This document shows positions 8,717 to 17,717 of a stretch of DNA of 64,000 nt, piece after piece. Position numbers and translations under genes: made by a program. The notes beneath the pieces are model-generated. The model was given only the letters and a program-made list of their open reading frames with translations. It searched no databases and was not told the origin of the DNA. Source of the stretch: an uncultured delta proteobacterium (GTDB lineage Bacteria; Myxococcota_A; UBA9160; SMWR01); contig CAWHTE010000011.1 of NCBI GenBank assembly GCA_963832165.1, positions 480,001 through 544,000 of the forward strand, given 5' to 3'. The first letter of the stretch is position 1, and the number at the start of each line of letters is the position of its first letter.

Positions 8717-9772
8717 ATGACCGCCGGCCGCTCCTCTCTGCCCGCACCGCTCGCGGGCGACGATCCCGCGCGCGTCGCTGCGCGCGCGGCGCTCGCAGAG
8801 CTGCGCCGGGAGATCCGCGCGCGCTTCACGCGCGAGCCGCACGACGCGTCACCGCGCATTGCGCTCCCCGCCGAGTGGGAGAGACGCTTCGAGCAGCTGC
8901 GCGAGCAGCTCGGCACGCTCGGGATGCGCGAGCGCAGCGGTCTCGTCGACGATTTCGGTATGGACGAGGGGTCTCTGCGCGCGCTGCGGCCTCTGCTCGA
9001 CTTCCTGTTCGACCGCTACTGGCGCGTCGACGTGCGCGGGATCGAGGAGCTGCCCGAGCGCGGACCGTTCCTGCTCGTCGCAAACGCGGCCGGGATCCTG
9101 CCCTACGACGCGCTCATGATCGCGCATGCGGTCGAGCGCGCGCGCGCAGAGCGACCGCGCTTCGCGGTGGCCGACTGGCTGATCACGCTGCCGTTCGTGC
9201 AGCCGCGGCTCGCGAAGCTCGGCGGCGTGCGCGCGTGCCCCGAGAACGTCGAGCGCCTGCTCGCCGCGGGCCACAGCGTGGCGGTGTTTCCGGAGGGCGT
9301 GAAGGGCGCCGCGAAGACCTACCGGGATCGCTATCGGCTCGCGCGCTTCGGCCGCGGCGGCGCGATCCGCCTCGCGCTGGAATGCGGGGTGCCGGTGGTA
9401 CCGGTCGGCGTGGTCGGCGCCGAGGAGACCCATCCGATTCTGTGGAAGGCCTCGGCGCCCGCGCGCACGCTCGGGCTGCCGTTCTTTCCCGTGACGCCGA
9501 CCTTTCCGTGGCTCGGCCCGCTCGGTGCGCTGCCGCTGCCTGCGCAGTGGGTGCTGCAGTTCGGCGAGCCGATCTCCTACGCCGACCTGACCTCCGATGC
9601 GGCGCGCGATGCGCTGCTGCTCTCGCGCTTGACCGAGGAGCTGCGCATGCGCATCCAGTCGCTCGTCGATGCCGGCCGGCGCGCGCGCGCGTCGGTGTGG
9701 AGCCTCGCCGCTACCGCGGGGAGTGATGATCAGGCGAGCGCGGGCGCGCCTTCGGATCGCACCGGCTCGTAG
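8717..9772 (+). CDS. Lysophospholipid acyltransferase family (PlsC-like)
   Basis: VDDFG, YWRVDVRGIE, LVANAAGILPYD, VFPEGVKG, PVGVVGAEE. Confidence 0.85.
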   Translation: MTAGRSSLPAPLAGDDPARVAARAALAELRREIRARFTREPHDASPRIALPAEWERRFEQLREQLGTLGMRERSGLVDDFGMDEGSLRALRPLLDFLFDRYWRVDVRGIEELPERGPFLLVANAAGILPYDALMIAHAVERARAERPRFAVADWLITLPFVQPRLAKLGGVRACPENVERLLAAGHSVAVFPEGVKGAAKTYRDRYRLARFGRGGAIRLALECGVPVVPVGVVGAEETHPILWKASAPARTLGLPFFPVTPTFPWLGPLGALPLPAQWVLQFGEPISYADLTSDAARDALLLSRLTEELRMRIQSLVDAGRRARASVWSLAATAGSDDQASAGAPSDRTGS

Positions 9773-10446
9773 ACGGGCGGCTCGCCCACGCGGAGCTGCT
9801 CGCGCACACGAGTGAGCGGCTGCGCGAGCAGATCTTCCCACTCGGCGCCGGGCAGCCACGCGGCGTTGCGCCCGCGCCGATAGCCCTCGCGCAGCAGGCG
9901 CCGCGCCGGCCGGTTGATCCCGCGCGCCCTCAAGTAGGCCACCGCGACGATGAAGCCGATTCCGGGATTGCGGGTCTGCGCGTAGGTGAACGCGAGCAGT
10001 GACGCTTCGCCGAGCAGGTCGCGGCCGTAGCCGGTCACGACGTGCCAGAGATCGTGGGTGTCGCGCAGCCGGTCCGCGAACCAGCGGCGGTCGGCGGGGA
10101 TGTCGAGGCGCAGCCAGTCCTCGCTGGCTTCGACGAGGCCGTCCGCGCTGATCTGCTCGCGCGACATGAACTCGCCATAGGTGCGACCGAGCGTGCCCGG
10201 CGGCAGCGCGAGCAGTGCCTCGCGATTGGAGAGCAGCGCGAGCAGGTTCGGACGCCTGGCGAGCAGGCGCTGGCCCGATTCGGTCGTCGAGAAGCGGTCC
10301 CAGACGCGCGTGCGCGACCTGCCCGAGAGCGCCTCGATGATCTCGAATACGAGCGCGGTGTCGTCGGGGTTCTTGATCAGCGCGCGGATCGCGCGCAGGG
10401 CGGCGAGCGGTCGGATCCGGTCCGAATATCGCGGAGAAGTGTCCAT
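9730..10446 (-). CDS. Coq4-like protein
   Basis: LPPGTLGRTY and HDLWHVVTGYGRDLLGE (HDxxH-x11-E motif). Confidence 0.85.
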   Translation of the reverse strand: MDTSPRYSDRIRPLAALRAIRALIKNPDDTALVFEIIEALSGRSRTRVWDRFSTTESGQRLLARRPNLLALLSNREALLALPPGTLGRTYGEFMSREQISADGLVEASEDWLRLDIPADRRWFADRLRDTHDLWHVVTGYGRDLLGEASLLAFTYAQTRNPGIGFIVAVAYLRARGINRPARRLLREGYRRGRNAAWLPGAEWEDLLAQPLTRVREQLRVGEPPVYEPVRSEGAPALA

Positions 10447-10494
10447 GTGAGATCCTTCGGCGCGGGCGCATCGAGCCTGGACGCTCGAGTAGGC

Positions 10495-10520
10495 TACTAG
10501 TACTTACAAAATTGTCAATA
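10495..10520. promoter_or_regulatory. Possible TetR operator / divergent promoter
   Basis: AT-rich imperfect palindrome ttacaaaattgtca plus tactagta between divergent Coq4-like and TetR genes. Confidence 0.45.
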
Positions 10521-10537
10521 GACCGGGGAGCGGGACA

Positions 10538-11185
10538 TTGGCCGGAAAGCGCACGGGGAAGCGACGGCGGGTGCGCCGCAGCGCCGAGGACGCGCAGCGG
10601 CTGATCCTCGACGCCGCGGAGAAGCGGCTGCGCGAGGGCGGGCCCGAGGCGATCCGGCTCCAGGACATCGCGCGCGACGTCGGCATCTCGCACCCGGCGA
10701 TCCTGCACCACTTCGCGAGCCGGGACGGGCTCACGCAGGCGCTCGAGCGCCGTGCGATGGCGCGCCTCGAGGCCGAGCTCGTGGAAGTGCTCTCGACCCG
10801 GCCCGCGCGCGGCGAAACGGCCGTCCACGTGATCGAGCGCGCGTTCGCGACGCTCGGCGACGCGGGTCACGCGCGCATGCTCGCATGGCGCGTGCTGCAG
10901 ACCGCGCCTGCGGAACCCAATGTCGATCAGACGCTGTTGAAGGCGCTCGCCGAACTCCTCCACGCGCGGCGCGTCGAGGCGGCGGTGGCGGAGCGGCGCG
11001 CGCCCCCGAGTCCCCAGGACACCGAGTTCGTGGTGCGCCTCGCGGCAGCCGCAATGCTGGGCGACGGCATCTTCGCGCCGTTCCTCGACGCGAGCTTCGG
11101 TCGCGCCAACGACCCCGCGCGCCAGCGCCGCTTCCGCGAGTGGTTCGCGCGCCTGCTCGTGGCGCACACCGGAGTCGAACCGTAG
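10538..11185 (+). CDS. TetR/AcrR family regulator
   Basis: ILDAAEKRL...IRLQDIARDVGISHPAILHHFASRDGL HTH. Confidence 0.92.
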   Translation: MAGKRTGKRRRVRRSAEDAQRLILDAAEKRLREGGPEAIRLQDIARDVGISHPAILHHFASRDGLTQALERRAMARLEAELVEVLSTRPARGETAVHVIERAFATLGDAGHARMLAWRVLQTAPAEPNVDQTLLKALAELLHARRVEAAVAERRAPPSPQDTEFVVRLAAAAMLGDGIFAPFLDASFGRANDPARQRRFREWFARLLVAHTGVEP

Positions 11186-11201
11186 CGGGTACCCTGCGAG
11201 C

Positions 11202-12482
11202 GTGTCCGCATCGGCCGCGACCCCGCTTCCTGCTCCGGTCCCGAGCCCGCGCTTCGACGGCTGGCGCATGGTCGCGCTCGGCGGGCTCGCGCAGGGGCTC
11301 GCGCTGCCGCTGATGGGCGCGTTCGGCGTCGTGGCCACGCCGCTGATCCAGGAGTTCGACGCGAGCGCAGCCCATCTCGGTATCGGGATGTCGGTGGCGC
11401 TGCTGGCCGCCGCATTGGCCGGCGCACCGCTGGGTGCAGCGCTCGACCGCGGCCCGTTGCGCGCGATCATGCTCACGGGCGCCGCGCTGATGTTCGTATC
11501 GGTTTTCGCGCTCTCGCGCGGTGTCGCGCTCTGGCAGCTCGCCGCGTGCTTCGCGTTCGCCGTGGTCGGTATGTCGATGTACGGCATGCTGCCGGTGCAG
11601 GTGATGCTCGTGAACTGGTTCGCGCTGCGGCGCGGAACCGCGCTGTCGCTCGCCTGGGTCGGCACGAGCGTCGGCGCCCTGATCGTGCCGACGACCACCG
11701 CCTGGCTGATCGAGTGGTTCGGCTGGCGCAATGCGCTCGTGGCACTCGCGGCGGGCGCAGCGGCGCTCGCGGTGCCTGCGATCGCGTGGCTCGTGAAGCG
11801 ACCCGAGGAGCTCGGGCAGTCGCCGGATGGGATTCCCAGCCCGCCGCGGAACCTGCAGCCGTCGGCCGAGCGCGACGAGGCCAGACATGAATCGCGCGAG
11901 ATCACAGCCTGGCTGCGCGACCGCAACTTCTGGCTGCTCGGCACTGGCGTCGGCCTCGCGCTCTCGGTCTCGATCGCGACGCTGTTCCTGGTGCGGCACC
12001 TCGAGACGCTCGGGATCCCGCGCACACAGGCCGCTCTGGTCCCATCCTCGATGGCGCTATTCGGAATCATCGGAAAACTTGGAGCCGGCTGGCTGATCGA
12101 TCGGTTCGATGCGCGCGCCGTCGTTGTGGGTGCACTCGCGCTGCATGCCCTCGGCTGGACGATCGTGGCTTCGCAGTCGAGCTATGCCGCGATGCTATTC
12201 GCGGCGCTGCCGCTGGGGCTCGGCGGGGGTGGCTTCCTACCGCTTCCGCCCGTTCTCCAGGGCCGCTGCTTCGGGCGCGGCGCGATCGGGCGCATCGGCG
12301 GCCTCCACGCGCTGATCCATCTTCCGTTCCTGCTTGCTGTCGCGCCGCTCGTCGGTTGGGGCGCGGGCGGCACGGACGGTTTCGCGGCGCCGTTCTTCGG
12401 GCTCGCGGTCGTGCTCGTGGTCGCCGCGCTCGTGCTCGCGTGCCTGCGCATCCCGGAGATCGAGCCGGTCGAGCGACGCTAG
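11202..12482 (+). CDS. MFS transporter
   Basis: About 12 hydrophobic segments; GAALDRGPLR and GWLIDRFDAR loop motifs; NWFALRRGTA. Confidence 0.9.
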   Translation: MSASAATPLPAPVPSPRFDGWRMVALGGLAQGLALPLMGAFGVVATPLIQEFDASAAHLGIGMSVALLAAALAGAPLGAALDRGPLRAIMLTGAALMFVSVFALSRGVALWQLAACFAFAVVGMSMYGMLPVQVMLVNWFALRRGTALSLAWVGTSVGALIVPTTTAWLIEWFGWRNALVALAAGAAALAVPAIAWLVKRPEELGQSPDGIPSPPRNLQPSAERDEARHESREITAWLRDRNFWLLGTGVGLALSVSIATLFLVRHLETLGIPRTQAALVPSSMALFGIIGKLGAGWLIDRFDARAVVVGALALHALGWTIVASQSSYAAMLFAALPLGLGGGGFLPLPPVLQGRCFGRGAIGRIGGLHALIHLPFLLAVAPLVGWGAGGTDGFAAPFFGLAVVLVVAALVLACLRIPEIEPVERR

Positions 12483-15193
12483 TCGAGCGACTGTCGCCTG
12501 CGCAGGCGGTCGAGCCAGCCGACCAGTGCGATCCCCGCGCCGAGCAAGAGGGCGCGCGCGGGCTCGGGGAAGTAGTGCGCGGCGAACATGCCGTCGCTCT
12601 TTCCGGTCACGAGGTCCAGGTCGCCGTCCGCATCGAGGTCGCCGCTGGTGGGAGCGGAATGATTGCCGACGCTTTGCCCCGTCAGTGGATTCGCGGCGCC
12701 CGTGAGCGGCACGAACTGGGGGCTCGTCGCGCTGCCCGTGTTGCCGAAGTAGTTGAAGTCGCCATCGCTGTCGCCGGCGATCAGATCGAGATCGCCGTCG
12801 CCGTCGAAGTCGCCGAGCGCCGACGTCGATTCGGTGCCGACATCGACGGCGTCGAACGGGTTGGCTCCTCCGGTGCGTTCGACGAACGCCGGACTCGTGC
12901 GACTGACGGTGTTCTCGAAGTAGTTCAACTCCCCGTCGAAGTCGCCCGCGACCACGTCCAGGTCGCCGTCGCCGTCGAGGTCGCTGAGCGACGCCGTCGC
13001 GAACGCCCCGATGTCCTGACCGGCGAGTGGGTTCGCGGCGCCCGTGCGCTGAACGAAGTCCGGGTTCGTGGCGCTGCCGGTGTTCTCGAAGTAGTCGAAG
13101 TTGCCGTAGTACGCGCCCGCCACGACATCGAGGTCGCCGTCGCCGTCGAGATCGCCGAGCGCAGGCGCCACGGCGCCGCCGAACACGAACTGGAGTCCGA
13201 GTGGATTCGCAGCTCCCGTGCGCCGCACGAAGGCTGCGCTGATCGCCGTACCCGTGTTCTCGTAGTAGGAGAACTCGCCGTAGGGGTCGCCGACCACCAG
13301 GTCGAGGTCGCCGTCGCGATCGAGATCGCCGAGCGCGGGTTTCGATTCGGCCCCGACGCTCTGCCCGTCGAGCGGGTTGGTCTGTGCCGCGGCGAACGCC
13401 TGTTGGGGCGCGGACGCTCTCACGAAGTAGTAGAACAGACCGTCGTTTGCGCCAGAGAGCACCTCGCGCTCGCCATTGCCATCGAGGTCGACGATCGAGG
13501 GGAGCGAGAGAGTCCCGACGTCCCAACCCGCGAGCGGATTCGCTTCGCTGGTGCGCTCAAGGAAGGCCGGACTCGCCGCGGTGCCGGTGTTCTCGAAGTA
13601 GTTGAAAACGCCGTCCTGCTCGCCCGCGACGACGTCGAAGTCGCCGTCACCGTCGAGGTCGCCGAGTGCGGGCGCCGAGCGCACGCCCAGGTCGTGCCCG
13701 TCGAGCGGGTTGGCAGCGCCGGTGCGCAGGAGAAAGCTGGGGCTCACGGCAGTGCCCGTATTCTCGAAGTAGTTGAACACCCCGTCGTTCTCGCCCGCGA
13801 CGACGTCGAGGTTGCCGTCGCCGTCGAGGTCGCGAACCGCCGGCGTCGCAGCCGCGCCGACATCCTGGCCGTTCAGCGGATTCGCCACTCCCGTGCGGGC
13901 GATGAAGGCCGGGCTCGCCGGGCTGCCGGTATTCTCGAAATAGAAGAACACCCCGGTGCTCTCTCCCGCGATCAGGTCGAGGTCGCCGTCGCCATCGAGG
14001 TCGCCGAGCGAAGGCGACGACCGGGCTCCGACGTCCTGGCCGTTCAGCGGGTTTGCGGTTCCCGTGCGGGCGACGAAGGCCGGGGCGAGCGCACTGCCGG
14101 TGTTCTGGAAATACCGGAACACGCCGTTGTACTCACCCGCGACCAGGTCGAGGTCCCCGTCGGCATCGAGGTCTCCGGGCGCGGGAGCCGAGAGCATTCC
14201 TGGACTCAGCCCGTCGAGCGGGTTGGCCGCGCCAGTGCGCCAGATGAAATCGGCGGCGAAGCTCTCGAAGTAGGTGAAGAAGCCGTCGGCCTTGCCCGAA
14301 AGCAGATCGGGATCACCATCGCCGTCGAGATCGCCCAGTGACGGCGTGGAGTTGGCGCCCACATCCACACCGTTGAGCGGGTTTGCCGCACCGGTCCGCG
14401 CGATGAAGGCCGGGATCGTCGCGCTGCCCGTGTTCTCGAATGTGTCGAAAGTGCCGGCACTGCTGCCCGCGACGAGGTCGGTGTCGCCGTCGCCGTCCAG
14501 ATCGACGAGCGCAGGTGCCGAGAGAACGCCCGCATCGAACCCAAACGGGTTGGCCGCGCCGGTCTGCGGGAGGAAGCTGGGGATCGTGGCGGTGCCCGTG
14601 TTCTCGAAGTACCGGAACGTGCCGTCGTACGCTCCCGCGACGAGATCGAGATCAGCGTCGCCATCGACGTCGCCGAGCACGGGCCTCGAGAACAGCCCCA
14701 CATCCTGGCCGTTGAGCGGGTTGGCCGCGCCGGTGCGCAGGATAAGAGCCGGGGTCGTGGCGCTACCCGTGTTCTCGTAGTAGTTGAACACACCGTCCTG
14801 CTCGCCGACGACAAGGTCGTAGTCGCCATCGCCGTCGAGGTCCGCGTAGCAGGGATGCGAATGGTCCCCCACGTCTTGAAAGGCCGTCGGGTCCGCCGCG
14901 CCGCTTTGAGGAGCGTATGCCGGGCTCACGGCGCTGCCGGTGTTCTTGAAGTACCCAAAGCCTCCGCTGAAAGCTCCTGCCGAGACGTCGAGATCGCCGT
15001 CGCCGTCGAGATCGACGAGCGAGAGAGTCGAATAGGACCCTACGTTCTGATCATTCAGCGGGTTCGCCGCTCCGGTCCGAGCCTCGAACTGGGGAAGCTC
15101 CGCAGCCGCCTTGCCCGGCGAAAGTCCGAGCAACGCGACGGCCAGCGCGGAGCTCGCCCCCACGGTGCGCAGCACCCACGTCAGTAAGTTCAT
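12479..15193 (-). CDS. FG-GAP/VCBS-like repeat surface protein with PEP-CTERM-like sorting signal
   Basis: Signal peptide; 15 DxDGDGDxD repeats of ~56 aa; C-terminal FPEP + hydrophobic helix + RLRRR. Confidence 0.88.
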   Translation of the reverse strand: MNLLTWVLRTVGASSALAVALLGLSPGKAAAELPQFEARTGAANPLNDQNVGSYSTLSLVDLDGDGDLDVSAGAFSGGFGYFKNTGSAVSPAYAPQSGAADPTAFQDVGDHSHPCYADLDGDGDYDLVVGEQDGVFNYYENTGSATTPALILRTGAANPLNGQDVGLFSRPVLGDVDGDADLDLVAGAYDGTFRYFENTGTATIPSFLPQTGAANPFGFDAGVLSAPALVDLDGDGDTDLVAGSSAGTFDTFENTGSATIPAFIARTGAANPLNGVDVGANSTPSLGDLDGDGDPDLLSGKADGFFTYFESFAADFIWRTGAANPLDGLSPGMLSAPAPGDLDADGDLDLVAGEYNGVFRYFQNTGSALAPAFVARTGTANPLNGQDVGARSSPSLGDLDGDGDLDLIAGESTGVFFYFENTGSPASPAFIARTGVANPLNGQDVGAAATPAVRDLDGDGNLDVVAGENDGVFNYFENTGTAVSPSFLLRTGAANPLDGHDLGVRSAPALGDLDGDGDFDVVAGEQDGVFNYFENTGTAASPAFLERTSEANPLAGWDVGTLSLPSIVDLDGNGEREVLSGANDGLFYYFVRASAPQQAFAAAQTNPLDGQSVGAESKPALGDLDRDGDLDLVVGDPYGEFSYYENTGTAISAAFVRRTGAANPLGLQFVFGGAVAPALGDLDGDGDLDVVAGAYYGNFDYFENTGSATNPDFVQRTGAANPLAGQDIGAFATASLSDLDGDGDLDVVAGDFDGELNYFENTVSRTSPAFVERTGGANPFDAVDVGTESTSALGDFDGDGDLDLIAGDSDGDFNYFGNTGSATSPQFVPLTGAANPLTGQSVGNHSAPTSGDLDADGDLDLVTGKSDGMFAAHYFPEPARALLLGAGIALVGWLDRLRRRQSLD

Positions 15194-15415
15194 GTCGCGC
15201 CGATGCCCGCGCACGAAGCGCCGCGCCGCGGCGCGCACCTGTTGGCGCGTGCCCACACCGTGCGAACGCGCCGATCGCGCGAGGGCGCGCTCGCAGGCGT
15301 GCACGAGGCCGGGGCCCGCGTTCACCAGTCCACTGCGCCGCTTCCGCATCCGATCCCCCACGGCCCGCCCGCGGGACAATGTCTCACGGAAGCGAACGGG
15401 GGGTCAAGGAGAGCG

Positions 15416-15991
15416 TTAGTCGTCCGCGACCACGCGCCGGAGCGGATCGCCGTGCGGCGGCGGCGCCGGTGCCTCGCGCTCGCCTTCGAGCTTCTCGAGC
15501 GCGGCCGCGACGCGTTCGAGATTCTCGCTGAGCGCTTCGATGTCGCTGCGGCGCGGCAGGTCGAGTGCCTTGAACACGCGCTCGACGGCGCCGTGCACCA
15601 TCTCGTCCCACTCCGCGCGCGCGCTGTCGCGCCACCGCGCCGCCTCTTCCTCGCGGTGGCGGATCGCGTCGCGCACGTTCTTCTGGAGCTCGCCGATGTT
15701 CTCCTGCGCGTCGCCGACGCCGCGCTTGAGCGCGCCGTAGAGCACGTCGCCGCCCTTCTGGATCAGATCGGAGAGCAGCCCGCGCGGCACCGCGCGCTGC
15801 GCGCGCTCGTTGTCGACGAGGATCTGCGAGAGCGCGACGTTGGTGATGTCCTCGCCGGTCTCGTTGTCGACCACGCGGACTTCCGCGCCCTGCTCGATCA
15901 GCTCGGCGATGCCCTTGAGCGTGATGTAGCGGCTGGTCTCGGTGTTGTAGAGCTTGCGGTTCGCGTAGCGTTTGATCAGGACGGTGGCCAT
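15416..15991 (-). CDS. PhaR-like polyhydroxyalkanoate regulator DNA-binding domain protein with phasin-like C-terminus
   Basis: IKRYANRKLYNTETSRYITL...VVDNETGEDIT; C-terminal LDLPRRSDIEALSENLERV. Confidence 0.85.
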   Translation of the reverse strand: MATVLIKRYANRKLYNTETSRYITLKGIAELIEQGAEVRVVDNETGEDITNVALSQILVDNERAQRAVPRGLLSDLIQKGGDVLYGALKRGVGDAQENIGELQKNVRDAIRHREEEAARWRDSARAEWDEMVHGAVERVFKALDLPRRSDIEALSENLERVAAALEKLEGEREAPAPPPHGDPLRRVVADD

Positions 15992-16024
15992 CGCCGGGAC
16001 CCTAGCGCTCCATGGCGCAGCGCG

Positions 16025-16495
16025 TCATCCCTGCACGGCCACGCGCTGGACCCGGCGCGGCCCGGGTGCGCGCTGGAGCGGCCCCGCATCCGCGGGGCGC
16101 GGGTCGACGCGCTCGCGCGGTGCGCGCACACCGAGCTCCCAGAGCACCTCGCGCAGGCCCAGGAAGGCGCGCAATACCGGGCGCGCGTCGTCGTCGCTCT
16201 TCGCGCGCTGCTCCCACCGCTCGATCTCCAGCTCGAGCGCGTGCGCGATCTCGGACGCGAGCCGGTCGGAGAGTCCGCCCTCGGTGGTCCAGCCGCGGCT
16301 CGCGCGACCGACCCAGCGATCGATCGATGCGAACAGCGAATTCTCCGCCGCAGACGCGCCCGACGTCGCGAGCGACGCCGCGTCGAGCAGCGCGCGCAGC
16401 GCCTCGAGCGCTTCGGCCACGGCATTCTTCGCGTGGCGGCGCGCGCGCGCGAGCGCTTCGTCGAGTGCGGCGCGATCGGAACCGTCTTCAGCCAC
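16025..16495 (-). CDS. Hypothetical helical protein
   Basis: GC-typical ORF with GGAGG RBS, overlapping the upstream ArsA-like stop; no recognised motif. Confidence 0.65.
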   Translation of the reverse strand: MAEDGSDRAALDEALARARRHAKNAVAEALEALRALLDAASLATSGASAAENSLFASIDRWVGRASRGWTTEGGLSDRLASEIAHALELEIERWEQRAKSDDDARPVLRAFLGLREVLWELGVRAPRERVDPRPADAGPLQRAPGPRRVQRVAVQG

Positions 16496-17717
16496 GCCCA
16501 CCTCCTCGCTTCGCGCTCACGGGCATCGCCTGCTGTTTCTCATCGCGCGCGGCCGGCGCCTGTGAGAGCGCCGTCGCGACCTTCTGGAGTCCCGTGAGAT
16601 CGTGCACGTCGCCGAGCAGCTCGGGCACCGCGCGGAAGAAGCTGCCGCGCCGCTCCGCGTGCTCGCGCAACGCGTCCAGCGCGGTCGCGTCGCGCCGGAC
16701 GAGCGCAGCGTACCGCGCCGCCGCCTCGATCGCTGCGCGCGCCGCCCGCACCGCGGGAAAATTCGCATCCCCTTGCTCCGCGAGAGCGCGCGCGAGCCGT
16801 GCTGTGTCGGGAGATTCGGGGTCGAGCGCACCCGGAGCCGGTCCGTCGTCGGGCCACGCGCGCACGCGATTCGCGACGATGCCGGCCACGGACACGTTGC
16901 TCGCCTCGAGTCGCGCGAGGAATCGCTGCGCCGATTTCACGGATTCGCTCTCGGGGCTCGCCACGAGCACGAACGCGGACTCCGGCCCGAGCAAGAGCGA
17001 CCTCACCTCCTTCGCGCGCGCCTGGAACCCCTCCGACATGTGCTCGAAGGCCATCAGGAATTCAGAGACGTCCTGGAGGAAGCCGATCCCGCTGATGCGC
17101 TCGATCAGCCCGAGCGCGCGGCGCGTGCCCCACTCGAACCAGCGCGCGCCGAGGCGCCCCGCGACCATCGCGGGATGGATCAGCATCTTCACGAGTCGGC
17201 TGTCGAGGAACTCGAGCAGCCGCTCGGGCGCGTCGAGGAAATCGAGCGCGTGCTGCGCGGGCGGCGTGTCGACCACGAGCGTGTCGTAGGCGTCGGAGCG
17301 CGACAGCTCGTAGACCTTCTCCATCGCCGAGTACTCGACGCTGCCCGCGAGCGCATCGGAGACGTGGCGGTAGATCGGATTGTGCAGCACGCGCTCGCGC
17401 GCGGCTGGGCTCTCGGCGAAGCGCGCCACGAGGTCGTCGAACGTGCTCTTCATGTCGAGCATCAGCGCCGAGAGCGAGCCCTCGGGCGGCACGCCGAGCG
17501 CGGCCAGCGTTTCGCGCGGCAGCGGCTCGGGCTGATTGCCCAGCGTCTCCACGCCGAGCGCGTCGGCGAGCCGGCGCGCCGGGTCGATCGTGATCACGAG
17601 CGCGCGGCGACCCGCGCGCGCCGCCTCGAGCGCGATCGCCGCGGCCACCGTGGTCTTGCCCACGCCGCCGCAGCCGACGCATACCACCACGCGGCGCTCG
17701 AGTGCGGGCAGCGTCAC
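16488..17717 (-). CDS. ArsA/Get3-family ATPase (second of pair)
   Basis: VGCGGVGKTT, TIDPARRLADALG, VVDTPP, LDFLDAP; GTG overlaps the upstream stop. Confidence 0.88.
   Translation of the reverse strand: MTLPALERRVVVCVGCGGVGKTTVAAAIALEAARAGRRALVITIDPARRLADALGVETLGNQPEPLPRETLAALGVPPEGSLSALMLDMKSTFDDLVARFAESPAARERVLHNPIYRHVSDALAGSVEYSAMEKVYELSRSDAYDTLVVDTPPAQHALDFLDAPERLLEFLDSRLVKMLIHPAMVAGRLGARWFEWGTRRALGLIERISGIGFLQDVSEFLMAFEHMSEGFQARAKEVRSLLLGPESAFVLVASPESESVKSAQRFLARLEASNVSVAGIVANRVRAWPDDGPAPGALDPESPDTARLARALAEQGDANFPAVRAARAAIEAAARYAALVRRDATALDALREHAERRGSFFRAVPELLGDVHDLTGLQKVATALSQAPAARDEKQQAMPVSAKRGGGRG

Noticed and set aside
12479..15193. Regular ~168-bp DNA repeats as a CRISPR array or mobile repeat
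   Set aside because: Degenerate coding repeats varying at synonymous positions; no identical repeat-spacer structure and no cas genes
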